The notes below the pieces were generated by a model. The model ran no database searches. It was not told the DNA's origin and saw only the letters and a list, made by a program, of their open reading frames with translations. This document shows positions 9,853 through 19,002 of a stretch of DNA of 64,000 nt, one piece after another. Every line of letters begins with the position of its first letter. Position 1 is the stretch's first letter. The position numbers and the translations under genes are program-made. Source of the stretch: a virus (taxonomy: Duplodnaviria > Heunggongvirae > Uroviricota > Caudoviricetes); the IMG/VR virus record IMGVR_UViG_3300022178_000016. One strand, given 5' to 3'.

Positions 9853-10098
9853 ATGACAGTAGAAATATTAGTGCTTATCTTAGTAGTGTTTATATTTTGG
9901 GTTACTGTAACTTCAGCAGGGGCTAGTGACAGCTGTGGTGGTGTGGCCTTTATCTTTGGATTACTCTTACTAGGAGCTAGCCTCATTCTTGGTGCGGAAG
10001 TTTATGAGACAAGTATTAAATCTTCTTGCGAAGAAACTTTACCAAGGAATCAAGAGTGTGTTATTATAGCCGTACCTAAAGATATTGAGGAGAAATAA
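9853..10098 (+). CDS. membrane protein (81 aa)
   Basis: ORF with an N-terminal TM segment and a second hydrophobic stretch. Confidence 0.45.
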   Translation: MTVEILVLILVVFIFWVTVTSAGASDSCGGVAFIFGLLLLGASLILGAEVYETSIKSSCEETLPRNQECVIIAVPKDIEEK

Positions 10099-10099
10099 T

Positions 10100-10258
10100 A
10101 TGAAAGTGAATAAAGATGTTATTAGACAGATTATTCTTGACTTTAATGAGTTCAATGACGGTGATGTGTGGATGTGTTGTTTTGAAGCTATTGTAGAAGA
10201 GTTCTTAGACACACAGGGTGGTAAGTATCGAATTAATATTGAGGAGGAATTAATATGA
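10100..10258 (+). CDS. hypothetical small protein (52 aa)
   Basis: Unlisted ORF, ATG at 10100 to TGA at 10256. Coupled to the next ORF. Confidence 0.3.
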   Translation: MKVNKDVIRQIILDFNEFNDGDVWMCCFEAIVEEFLDTQGGKYRINIEEELI

Positions 10259-10431
10259 GTGATCTAAAGATTAAAGAGTTAGAACTTGAGATAGAGAAGA
10301 TCAAACACGGTATAGTTGTACCACCTAAAGAGAAGAGACAGTTTAGTATAGGTTGGTTCATATTCTGGTTAATTGTGTTCTGGCCTATAGCTTTAATAAT
10401 GGTAGTCTGGCACCTAGTAAGCAAGGATTAA
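10255..10431 (+). CDS. small membrane-anchored protein (58 aa)
   Basis: Unlisted ORF with a coiled N-terminus and a C-terminal TM segment FIFWLIVFWPIALIMVVW. Confidence 0.3.
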   Translation: MSDLKIKELELEIEKIKHGIVVPPKEKRQFSIGWFIFWLIVFWPIALIMVVWHLVSKD

Positions 10432-10432
10432 T

Positions 10433-10705
10433 ATGAACTTCCCACTAGAACATTGCATTGAAACTAAACACCTAACCCAAGAAACTTACCAATGGTTGTT
10501 GACAAAGTTGATAGGAGAAGGTTATCATTGGCCTTCTGTATATGATAAGAGTGAGTTCTTTGGGTTGTGGGGATTTTGCGGTGTTAATAGCTATGGAGAT
10601 ATTATGCTATACTCCTATAAAGAATATTACCTTGATTACCCAGAAGATCCTTTCTGGAATGTGTTAACTAAAGAATGGTTGGAGGATTATTTAAATGGTG
10701 AATAA
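10433..10705 (+). CDS. hypothetical protein (90 aa, Trp/Tyr-rich)
   Basis: ORF. Confidence 0.45.
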   Translation: MNFPLEHCIETKHLTQETYQWLLTKLIGEGYHWPSVYDKSEFFGLWGFCGVNSYGDIMLYSYKEYYLDYPEDPFWNVLTKEWLEDYLNGE

Positions 10706-10708
10706 GCT

Positions 10709-10978
10709 TTGGGATTGTATTCTTGTTTTGCTGGCGGCTTCTTTTATTATAAGTGTGTTTCTATTAGTGGTGCCGGTATGAGTAAACTACGAGAGAAGGG
10801 TCAAGAATTCTTAACTAAATTACAAGAAGCTCTTGAAGATAAGGGAGAAAGAATGATAGGATACCAGTGGATTAATAGTCAGTTGTTTATTAGGATTACT
10901 AATAATGGGCAATTAGATGGGTATACATTGTATGACTGTGTTGGTGGTGTTAATTTTATTAGAACTTTTGGAGGATAA
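10709..10978 (+). CDS. hypothetical protein (89 aa)
   Basis: ORF. The start is uncertain. Confidence 0.35.
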   Translation: MGLYSCFAGGFFYYKCVSISGAGMSKLREKGQEFLTKLQEALEDKGERMIGYQWINSQLFIRITNNGQLDGYTLYDCVGGVNFIRTFGG

Positions 10979-10980
10979 TT

Positions 10981-11814
10981 ATGAGTAATATGATTGGCGT
11001 TAAGTCAGGTGTGGATTGGGCAAATATCCCAAGTAAATATATTGCTGTGGATTCTGAGTATATTGGGGGCTATCAGAACTCTACAATATTCTGCTATATG
11101 GACTCAAAAGGGCATAGTAGATGGGACAGGTTGCTCTCTAGTGGTAACATCTATGATGAGGGTAGAAGCGATAACACGGATTGGGGGACAGACCGCTACA
11201 TCCTTAAACAAGATGATCTTCCTCAACATGAACAGGAGAAGCAAATGGAATACAAATGTTTACAAGATTTACCTGTAGGTACTTTTGTTAAGTTTAAGAA
11301 TGTTGGTGAAAACTATGCTTGTGTATGGACTGGAGAAACATTGGCAACGATGGCTCCACAATATGATCACTCAAGGTTATGGGAAGATGCTTCAATTGGC
11401 AATTTTGAAGGTTTTAATTATACATTCAACGGAGATTGTAGTATTGTCTCTTACTCAGATAAGTACGGAGGTGATTATAGATCTCTAGTGCCTGTTAAAG
11501 CTTCTACTAAAGAAACTCCTTGGAAGATTAAACACCTTAAATCTCCTACATACACTCGTGGTAAGGATGTAGCTCTGACTATTCTTTATCGTGTAGTTGA
11601 TAATGTTGTACAGTATAAATACTCCATCTGCTCTAAAGAGGATATGTTCTGTAAACGTACAGGTGTTGAGGTTGCTAATAACTCTACCCTCTATAGTTAT
11701 AAACCTGACATTACAACTGGTACAGCTTTACAAACTGCCCTTTATAGTCTCTCACAACACTCAGTCAGTCGTCAAGTTAAGAAACTGATTAATAATTTTC
11801 TAAACAGTAAGTGA
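10981..11814 (+). CDS. hypothetical protein (277 aa)
   Basis: Long ORF. An AGGA RBS precedes it. Confidence 0.5.
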   Translation: MSNMIGVKSGVDWANIPSKYIAVDSEYIGGYQNSTIFCYMDSKGHSRWDRLLSSGNIYDEGRSDNTDWGTDRYILKQDDLPQHEQEKQMEYKCLQDLPVGTFVKFKNVGENYACVWTGETLATMAPQYDHSRLWEDASIGNFEGFNYTFNGDCSIVSYSDKYGGDYRSLVPVKASTKETPWKIKHLKSPTYTRGKDVALTILYRVVDNVVQYKYSICSKEDMFCKRTGVEVANNSTLYSYKPDITTGTALQTALYSLSQHSVSRQVKKLINNFLNSK

Positions 11815-11818
11815 GGGG

Positions 11819-12052
11819 TTGATGAAATTTGAAACCAGAATTAAGAAGTCTCTTAATGGACTGTACTACCCACAATACCGTAAAACTTACTGTGGTGGTT
11901 GGTTAAAGACATATTGGAATGATTTATATGGTTCTGAGAGATTAGATATTACTAGATGTTGGAGTAGTTTGTGGCAAGCCAAGGAAGTGTGTGATAATTT
12001 ACATTTAACAGGTAAGCTTGTCTGCACTAAGGATATAGTTATATACCCATAA
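11819..12052 (+). CDS. hypothetical protein (77 aa, Cys/Trp-rich)
   Basis: ORF followed directly by a terminator. Confidence 0.45.
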   Translation: MMKFETRIKKSLNGLYYPQYRKTYCGGWLKTYWNDLYGSERLDITRCWSSLWQAKEVCDNLHLTGKLVCTKDIVIYP

Positions 12053-12053
12053 A

Positions 12054-12092
12054 CAAAAAAGCCCCAACACCTATTACAGTGAGGGGCTTAAA
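12054..12092. terminator. bidirectional rho-independent terminator between convergent blocks
   Basis: A7-GCCCC...GGGGC-TT hairpin between the rightward and leftward gene blocks. Confidence 0.6.
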
Positions 12093-12135
12093 GCTATTCT
12101 TATTTTATGTAATTATTATTTATTGTCATAGGTTA

Positions 12136-13371
12136 TTAGTTTGTAGCCGGAGTAACCCAAAGAGATGCGTACTCTCCTAGAATATCTACAGTAGTCCCAC
12201 TATTCTCAGTATAAATGTCTACATAATCGTCAGGTTGTAGTGTCAGGATCACTCGACAGGCGACATTCTCTGCTCGACCAGTCCCACTCATTGTAGTGTA
12301 GAATTCACTTTGTGCAACAGCAACCCCATTCAACCCTATATATAAACCTACCTCGTTATTATTCCCACTTGACAATGTAACAATAGCACTGACTGAGAAA
12401 GTCTTTGGCACAGCTCCTCTATAGTAAAGTTTATTGTCTACTAACTCAAACCTTTGAGAGACTGAGTTTAGTAGGAAATTACCTGCTAACTTATAAGCAA
12501 CACCTGCTGTTGTGACCACTGTTGTGATCGCGTTACCTTCCATCCTAACATCAGCAATAGTATTAGAGTTGTTCACCCCTTTACAATTAGAAAACAAAGA
12601 TTTATTATCGTTAGGTTGCACCCCAGTAAGATAGGAACCTCCTCCTGAAAAGTTTACAGTATCTAGGATATAACCCTCGACAGGAATACCCGCACTTGTA
12701 GAGGATGCTATACCGACGTTACCACTTGTGACTACGAAACTAGAGTATATTATTCTGAACCTTCTTGATATGTTCAAGGTTGCAGGTAAATTAATTAAAG
12801 TTCCTGTAGGTTGATTAAAGAATGTAGACTCTAATGCTATTGTCCCCATAGTCCCATCAAATGTGACACCAGCACTAAATAAGAAAGCACTGTCTTGCAT
12901 GACAAAGTTTGAATAGTTTGAGATTAACCCCACCGTCTCACAATTGACAAAGTTCACGGCCACCCAATCTATAGCCTCTTGCCCAGTGGCACCTATAAAC
13001 TCTACCGCCTGAGTTCCGGCAGGACTGGTTATGGATAGGTTTTGGATAGGGGTAGTGTCTGTACCAGAGATCATAACTTGCCCGTTGGGTAATCCAGTAG
13101 ACGTTATTGAGCTTGTTTCAGAGCTGAAGCCTATCAGGGCATTGATACCTTCAAGTAATACTCTATTACCCTCTAAGTCTATGTGGTTTAGTATAAACCA
13201 ATTTCCCCCTGTGAGTGTTATAACATTACCTACGGGAGTGGGTAGGTCACTTAGGGTATTTATTAAATTTAAGTCACTAAGAGCTTCAATATCTCCCTCT
13301 AACCCCAATAACGTTTTATGGAGCTGTTCAACATTCCATTTCCAACCGTTTGGAGTAAATATCCTTGACAT
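12136..13371 (-). CDS. distal tail fibre / receptor-binding protein (411 aa)
   Basis: Last gene of the late block. Gly/Thr/Asn/Ser-rich with beta-rich repeats. Confidence 0.5.
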   Translation of the reverse strand: MSRIFTPNGWKWNVEQLHKTLLGLEGDIEALSDLNLINTLSDLPTPVGNVITLTGGNWFILNHIDLEGNRVLLEGINALIGFSSETSSITSTGLPNGQVMISGTDTTPIQNLSITSPAGTQAVEFIGATGQEAIDWVAVNFVNCETVGLISNYSNFVMQDSAFLFSAGVTFDGTMGTIALESTFFNQPTGTLINLPATLNISRRFRIIYSSFVVTSGNVGIASSTSAGIPVEGYILDTVNFSGGGSYLTGVQPNDNKSLFSNCKGVNNSNTIADVRMEGNAITTVVTTAGVAYKLAGNFLLNSVSQRFELVDNKLYYRGAVPKTFSVSAIVTLSSGNNNEVGLYIGLNGVAVAQSEFYTTMSGTGRAENVACRVILTLQPDDYVDIYTENSGTTVDILGEYASLWVTPATN

Positions 13372-13374
13372 GAT

Positions 13375-13725
13375 TTAATCCTCAGATTGGTGTTGTCTTG
13401 CTTTAAGTTCTATCCTTAACAACTCATTCTTTAACTTCTCACCTTCCATCTCTATATTCTTTAATTCCAACTCTAGTTCTTTCATCCGAGTATCTTCTTT
13501 GGCTTTTCTGTTCTCTCTGGTGGTAGAGGCAAAGTGAGCAATAATCATTGTAAGAACTAGGATGAAAGATGCGTAAGCAGCGAAGTGGGTTAGGTTTGAA
13601 TTAAACCAAGAAAGAAAATCAATAACCCACACAAGAACCCCACTGAATGCAGTTGTAATACCTGCCTTATAGTTAAGAAAAGCTGCCTTATATCCCAGTA
13701 CTGTTTCTGTTAGCAGTTTTACCAT
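13375..13725 (-). CDS. membrane protein with two TM segments and C-terminal coiled coil
   Basis: Two hydrophobic helices followed by a KELELELKNIEMEGEKLKNELLRIELK coiled coil. Confidence 0.45.
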   Translation of the reverse strand: MVKLLTETVLGYKAAFLNYKAGITTAFSGVLVWVIDFLSWFNSNLTHFAAYASFILVLTMIIAHFASTTRENRKAKEDTRMKELELELKNIEMEGEKLKNELLRIELKARQHQSED

Positions 13726-14183
13726 TTCTTATATACCTTGCCCACAAGATTAAACTCACTGTCAACGTCCCTGAGAAAACGAGTATTCCTAACACGATTT
13801 CCATTCATACGTCCCGCCAATAAAAATAAAAGCATAATTACACCCCAGTACAAATAAACTATTGTGTTATAGGTATCTAAAGATTGATTGTTGTATTCTA
13901 AACTCCAACCCAAGAAATGTACTGGAATCATTATTGTAGCGATGGGGATGAGCCATTTGACTAATACTGAGTTTAAGCAGCCTCTCATGCAAAACAACAT
14001 ACCAACTAAGAACATCTCAGAGATAGCCGCCATTTTCAAAATGTGTAAAGTGTTATCCATGAGAAGGGAGGTAAAATAAACAAGAAAGGCGAACACCATA
14101 TAAATCAATGCAGGGAATTGCTCACGTTTTACCGTGAGCGTAGCTGCAAGGGTAAGGATGATTAAAAATATCTCATTACCCAC
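13719..14183 (-). CDS. polytopic membrane protein (about 4 TM, 154 aa)
   Basis: Hydrophobic ORF. Confidence 0.45.
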   Translation of the reverse strand: MGNEIFLIILTLAATLTVKREQFPALIYMVFAFLVYFTSLLMDNTLHILKMAAISEMFLVGMLFCMRGCLNSVLVKWLIPIATIMIPVHFLGWSLEYNNQSLDTYNTIVYLYWGVIMLLFLLAGRMNGNRVRNTRFLRDVDSEFNLVGKVYKKW

Positions 14184-14187
14184 AACG

Positions 14188-14370
14188 TTATCCCTTCGCT
14201 AGAATATCAACTGCTTCTTGCTCTGTGTACACTGCAATAGAATCATCTTCTACTACAATAACAACAGGAACTACTTTCTTATCCTCACTCATTACAAGTC
14301 TTGAGGAACCTGCTGAGCTTGAACTACCGCTTGAAGATGAACCACCTCTTTTCACAATTACTGCTGGCAT
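14188..14370 (-). CDS. hypothetical small protein (Ser/Gly-rich N-terminus)
   Basis: ORF. Confidence 0.35.
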   Translation of the reverse strand: MPAVIVKRGGSSSSGSSSSAGSSRLVMSEDKKVVPVVIVVEDDSIAVYTEQEAVDILAKG

Positions 14371-14372
14371 AC

Positions 14373-14657
14373 TTATTTCTCTTTGTTAGTTTGTGGATTG
14401 TATATTTTTAATTGTTCTTCTTTCCATGTAATTAACTCATCAACTACAACTTGGTATCTTTCAATACAACCTAAGTTCTTTCTGTTGTTGATGGCTAATT
14501 CTCTTACTGTAGTGAACCCCAGTGTCTTCTTACAAGGGTGAATCAACATACCTTGGTCTGGTAACACCGCAACCTCTTTAGTTTGATAAACCACTCTCTG
14601 ACAACCTGATAAACTTAGGATCAAGAGGGGCATCAATATCAACGTATTCAATTTCAT
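14373..14657 (-). CDS. o-spanin (Rz1-like outer-membrane lipoprotein)
   Basis: Lipobox LILSLSGCQ. Small, with its start overlapping the end of the i-spanin gene. Confidence 0.6.
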   Translation of the reverse strand: MKLNTLILMPLLILSLSGCQRVVYQTKEVAVLPDQGMLIHPCKKTLGFTTVRELAINNRKNLGCIERYQVVVDELITWKEEQLKIYNPQTNKEK

Positions 14658-15003
14658 TCAACACCCCCTCTTCTACAGAGGTAATCTTAGGTTGTACACA
14701 TTTAGGTCTGTAAGTTTCTATTCCGGTTATAGAGGTTGTGGTGTGAGTCTCTATATTACCCAACTTAACCAAAACATCTCTTAAACTCTTCTTAGTTACC
14801 TCACAGCTCTCAGTGAGTTTATCTTTGCTCTCGACTAGATCCCCATAATCCCTCTGTAAGCCCTTGTGCTGCTCTGTGAGCGATGCTAGATCTTCTTTAG
14901 AGTCAATGTATAGGTATGTTACTAGAGAGCCTCCTAGGACACTACAGACAAGCAGAGTGGATAAGATGACTATAAGTTTTGACTTAATCCAATTTACAAT
15001 CAT
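14578..15003 (-). CDS. i-spanin (Rz-like)
   Basis: Internal start at MIVNWIKSKLIVILSTLLVC gives an N-terminal TM anchor followed by a coiled-coil periplasmic domain. The gene overlaps the o-spanin gene. Confidence 0.55.
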   Translation of the reverse strand: MIVNWIKSKLIVILSTLLVCSVLGGSLVTYLYIDSKEDLASLTEQHKGLQRDYGDLVESKDKLTESCEVTKKSLRDVLVKLGNIETHTTTSITGIETYRPKCVQPKITSVEEGVLNEIEYVDIDAPLDPKFIRLSESGLSN

Positions 15004-15214
15004 TCTGCTTATCCTCGACCACTTCTTGTTTGATAAAACTACCTGCAATCCCCATAAGGGCGAAGGTTGCCATAAGAGACAACCCAGCCCACATAGGAAT
15101 ATAATCAATGTAGGGAGCCATTGCTAGCAACCCTACAGATGAGATAGCAATCAACAGATGAGTGATGAAACTATAACGTTTAAATACAGTCTTCCAATCT
15201 TTGTTGATTTTCAT
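14984..15214 (-). CDS. holin, pinholin-like (76 aa, 2 TM)
   Basis: Two TM helices and a charged C-terminus, immediately upstream of the spanins. The size is similar to the phage 21 S pinholin. Confidence 0.5.
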   Translation of the reverse strand: MKINKDWKTVFKRYSFITHLLIAISSVGLLAMAPYIDYIPMWAGLSLMATFALMGIAGSFIKQEVVEDKQNDCKLD

Positions 15215-15463
15215 TTAGATATACAACCTAAACCCTTTGAGGTCTGTTGCTGTACTGTCTGCGAACACTTTAACAACAGCCACAGGCCATGTTTGTCCTG
15301 CTACCAATGTTACAGTATCCTCCACTCCGTCATCACCTACATAATGTAGTGCCCCTGCACCACCTGCATAGACACCGTAGGCTTTCAGTGGGAGGTTTGC
15401 TCCACTGTTAGGGGTTATAGTGGCTGCACCCCTTGCTATTGAACTACCAATAATACTAGACAT
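15215..15463 (-). CDS. hypothetical protein (82 aa, Gly/Ala-rich)
   Basis: ORF. Confidence 0.4.
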   Translation of the reverse strand: MSSIIGSSIARGAATITPNSGANLPLKAYGVYAGGAGALHYVGDDGVEDTVTLVAGQTWPVAVVKVFADSTATDLKGFRLYI

Positions 15464-15497
15464 TCTTTATACCTTTATTTAAAGTTGAATTTTAAAA

Positions 15498-16712
15498 CTA
15501 AATCCCAAAACCTATACCAATCCCTAACCCAATAAAATAAGATTTTGGTGTAGAGGATGTGACACCTTCGGCGGTTATTGTTACCGAGTGGCTATGCATT
15601 ATTCCTGTAGCCAATACCCAGTGCCAAACCGTAGTCGTAATCGGAACTGATGGTGCAGATCCGCCAGTGTCCGGCAACCATGTCGCATCTGCATCAGTTC
15701 CAATTATTAAATCACCATTTACCGGAGTGTACCCAGCCGCTGCTAAATGAAACCCAAGTTTTTTGGGGTCATATAAATCAGGCGTGTTAACAGTAGTTGG
15801 TGTCATGCCCGCCGCTGAATTAACAACAACTGATAAAACTGCAGTCTCAGATAAATAGTTGAATATAATATTCTGGCTAGATCCGATTAGCGGGAATGTT
15901 TGACCGTCTACAAAACCGCCAAAATCAAACGTCGGATTTGTTGCAGTGCCGCCTAAGTTAGTTAAAGGTTTTGCTGCAAATGTCCCGCTTGTTGGGGTTC
16001 CGCCAAATCCGGTTAATACTGCTGTGTTACCTGTAGACCCCGCATTAATTCCTGCCCCACTGTTAACACTAACGATAGTCTGTAAACTTACTTCTTTAAC
16101 ATTAAATACGTGTGCGTGGGTATAGCTGCCACTTGTCGATGATGTGAAGTTAGCAGTTCTCGCCGTGTCAACAACGTTTGCGTATGAGATTAGCCGAGTT
16201 GTGCCTACAGATCCTACACGGGATGGGTTTGTGAATGTGAGGTTTGTGCTAGATGATGAACAGGCACCGCGAGCAACTGTGATTGAGTTTGCTTCACGAG
16301 TTAGCGGTAATGTGATGGTTCCGCTTGCCTGAGTACCATAATTTTTATTGATTGGCAGCTGTTGGGAGCGGTTTTGAAGAACGCAATATTCAACCGATTT
16401 TAATGTCCCCCCTTGTCCTGACGTGGACAGTATCTGTCCTTCAATGTTTGGAATCTGATGTTCGAAAAAAACATAAGAGGCTAAAGCTACGCGGGGGATA
16501 TCAACACCTACGGGATCTCCAGTAATGTATGCTGCAAACTCACCGTTTGCCCCAACGCTAGTGGGAGTGCGTGAGTTTGTCGCACCGTTGTACATTTGGA
16601 CAGTAATTATTAAATTACGATTTGGCCCAGCTGGGATTGCCGGAATAACCACAGTAGCATTGCCCGCTCCATCAGCTATGAGAATCGTACTATCTGTTAA
16701 AATATCTGACAT
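15498..16712 (-). CDS. virion structural protein, fibre-like (404 aa)
   Basis: Thr/Ser/Gly/Asn-rich with a hydrophobic Gly-Ile C-terminus. Confidence 0.45.
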   Translation of the reverse strand: MSDILTDSTILIADGAGNATVVIPAIPAGPNRNLIITVQMYNGATNSRTPTSVGANGEFAAYITGDPVGVDIPRVALASYVFFEHQIPNIEGQILSTSGQGGTLKSVEYCVLQNRSQQLPINKNYGTQASGTITLPLTREANSITVARGACSSSSTNLTFTNPSRVGSVGTTRLISYANVVDTARTANFTSSTSGSYTHAHVFNVKEVSLQTIVSVNSGAGINAGSTGNTAVLTGFGGTPTSGTFAAKPLTNLGGTATNPTFDFGGFVDGQTFPLIGSSQNIIFNYLSETAVLSVVVNSAAGMTPTTVNTPDLYDPKKLGFHLAAAGYTPVNGDLIIGTDADATWLPDTGGSAPSVPITTTVWHWVLATGIMHSHSVTITAEGVTSSTPKSYFIGLGIGIGFGI

Positions 16713-16713
16713 T

Positions 16714-17826
16714 TTACGACCTCGTGAATGCTACGTTTTCAAGCCAAGTGCCATCAGCAAGCTCGATGTGAATGTAAGTGCTAGCCCCGAAATCGTTATG
16801 GTCTTTTAGCACTGCCTGTACCGTTCCTGTATTCCATATTTCAGGGTAGAGTATGTGCATATTTGAGGGGCCGCTAACAGTGGGCGAGTTAGACACATAA
16901 ACCGCTGCACGAGAGTTTACACCTGTTGCGATATACACATCGTTGTAGAGCGGAACAACGTCAACCCATGTCGCTTGATTTCCAAACCAACCTGGGATTC
17001 TAACACCGTCATAGTCTCTTGTTGTGAAAGCCCCGTCACCACCATCACCATGAAAGGGGTCGGTAGTTGTACGAACTGTTACGCCCCCAGAATTATCGTT
17101 TGCGTATAGAATTTCAGCCGTGCGGTCGAACTGATCATAAGTGCCAGCCCCATCTTGATAATATGAATACATTGTTGGCGCTGTTAATGAAAACCCCGAT
17201 GTGATTGTCCTATTTTGCGAGCCGTCCCACCAAATTGGTGCATTGGTATTTCCACCAACGTAAATCGCGCCATTCCCTGTGTGACTTGGAATGCAAACGT
17301 TTCGATAAGGCGCACCAGTGCCTACAAGGTCGGCATCACCCGCAGCAGTTTTACCAAACCACGACATTTTCCACGAGGATACAGCAGGGAAAACACCAGC
17401 AGAGGCAGCGCCCGGAAACAACTTACCAACAGGCACATAAGTACGCTGAGAAAATCTGAATTGTGTAGTGTTGCCGAACTTCTTAAATAGCCCAGCCATA
17501 TTCCAGCTATTCTGTCCAAAATTCTGAGGGTCACGTCCAGACAACCAAGTCCTATTAGTTGCTGGGTCAAAATAAAGTTTAGGGATACCTGCAACATATG
17601 TTGTTATATTGTCCCAATACCCAACATCTGGCGTTCTAAATGCGGGCTGAAAGTTGTTTCCAATAAACTGATCGAACAGAACAACACTAGGGCCACCACC
17701 AAAATTCTGCCCACCCGTAGCGGTTACTGTGATCGTTTTATTAATGGGTGGGGCAACATAATTTGATTCAAATCTACTCGTTGCTGGATTTAGCAACCAA
17801 GGTGTTAGTGAGAAGTTAGCCATCAC
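16714..17826 (-). CDS. virion structural protein, fibre/spike-like (370 aa)
   Basis: Gly/Asn/Thr-rich. Coupled to the neighbouring genes. Confidence 0.45.
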   Translation of the reverse strand: MMANFSLTPWLLNPATSRFESNYVAPPINKTITVTATGGQNFGGGPSVVLFDQFIGNNFQPAFRTPDVGYWDNITTYVAGIPKLYFDPATNRTWLSGRDPQNFGQNSWNMAGLFKKFGNTTQFRFSQRTYVPVGKLFPGAASAGVFPAVSSWKMSWFGKTAAGDADLVGTGAPYRNVCIPSHTGNGAIYVGGNTNAPIWWDGSQNRTITSGFSLTAPTMYSYYQDGAGTYDQFDRTAEILYANDNSGGVTVRTTTDPFHGDGGDGAFTTRDYDGVRIPGWFGNQATWVDVVPLYNDVYIATGVNSRAAVYVSNSPTVSGPSNMHILYPEIWNTGTVQAVLKDHNDFGASTYIHIELADGTWLENVAFTRS

Positions 17827-18344
17827 TCATTCCCTCTCATACATAATTTCATTTCATTCAACCTACGTCTGTGTAAGCCCCAATAGAACTTCCCTTCAGC
17901 AGAAGCCCACACAGGTTTACCGTCTACGCCCCAAGCAATTGCTCTACAACCTTCAACCATATTTCCAGCATTAATTAATCTAACTGCTCTCGATTGACTA
18001 CAAACTCTTTCAACTCCCATGTTATGGGATAAGCTGGTTAAAGCATCAAAAGCTTCTTGTGTGGAGTAGGGCATACATTTAGCCAACTTAGTTTGTGTAT
18101 TATTAATTACAAAAGATTCAGCTTTGTAACATTCTTCTTTAGTCCACACTTCACCAACAATAATTGGCCTCTCTTTATAGGAGTACTTAGTGATACCGTT
18201 ACAAACTGTTGGTAATCCACCAGCAAGCTTATCAGCATATACTGTAGTAATAACCTCACCACCACTCTCCCACAACGTAAGGAACGCTATGAGGGATGCA
18301 GCAGCAAAGGTTAATGATTTAGTTGGTACTCTCATGTAATCCAT
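17823..18344 (-). CDS. lysozyme (GH24, T4/P21-type) with N-terminal SAR/signal anchor
   Basis: N-terminal TM LTFAAASLIAFLTLW. The catalytic spacing WESGGEV...YADKLAGGLPTVCNGIT gives an E-x11-D-x8-T triad. Confidence 0.65.
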   Translation of the reverse strand: MDYMRVPTKSLTFAAASLIAFLTLWESGGEVITTVYADKLAGGLPTVCNGITKYSYKERPIIVGEVWTKEECYKAESFVINNTQTKLAKCMPYSTQEAFDALTSLSHNMGVERVCSQSRAVRLINAGNMVEGCRAIAWGVDGKPVWASAEGKFYWGLHRRRLNEMKLCMRGNE

Positions 18345-18763
18345 CCTTTCAGAACATTTGAAAGTTGTTTAAGGAACTGAGGTGATAACCTCCAAACCTT
18401 ATATTTAATTCCTAGATACTGTGCAACTAATTCACTACAGAACCATTTGTCAACATCTTCGTATTTCTTATGTAATGCTAGAGAGAGTATCCCCAGCATG
18501 TCATACTTCTTACCTATCTGATCTCTAGCCCAAGCTAAGGAGTTTTCTAAATCAGAAATAGGGAACTCCACCACTTCGTGTTTAATGTAGTGGGATTTCC
18601 ATTCATCTAAAGTTATTCTCCGCACCCCTGACAATAAAGTTGTGTCTATCACATAATCACCATCAATGATTGCACAGTGACACCAGCTAGAAAGGGTGAA
18701 AAGTTTTATCAGGAGTGAGAAAGGTAGGTTGTTTGATCCAAAGATAACTTTAGCAGTTTGCAT
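18332..18763 (-). CDS. YiiX/YaeF-like permuted NlpC/P60-superfamily hydrolase
   Basis: His-first motif CHCAIIDGDYVIDTTLLSGVRRITLDEW followed by Cys motif FCSELVAQYLG. This is the permuted papain-fold order. Confidence 0.5.
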   Translation of the reverse strand: MQTAKVIFGSNNLPFSLLIKLFTLSSWCHCAIIDGDYVIDTTLLSGVRRITLDEWKSHYIKHEVVEFPISDLENSLAWARDQIGKKYDMLGILSLALHKKYEDVDKWFCSELVAQYLGIKYKVWRLSPQFLKQLSNVLKGWIT

Positions 18764-18765
18764 TT

Positions 18766-19002
18766 TTAGCCTTTGATTACCTGTTTAACAGCTTCTAATC
18801 CTGCAATGTTTGCGTAATGGATAACTTTGTTAACTTTGTCCATGTCTGACTTACAGTAAGTGAGGACATTTTTGAATGTTTCTTTATCTAAGTGGATATT
18901 GAGTTGTGCTTTAAGAATAGTCTCAACACAAAGTGTTTTAACTTCCTCAATCAATTCAAGTTGTTCCACTGCTTCCACAATCTGTTTTGTTTTAGTTTTC
19001 AT
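18766..19002 (-). CDS. hypothetical protein (78 aa)
   Basis: ORF. Confidence 0.4.
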   Translation of the reverse strand: MKTKTKQIVEAVEQLELIEEVKTLCVETILKAQLNIHLDKETFKNVLTYCKSDMDKVNKVIHYANIAGLEAVKQVIKG

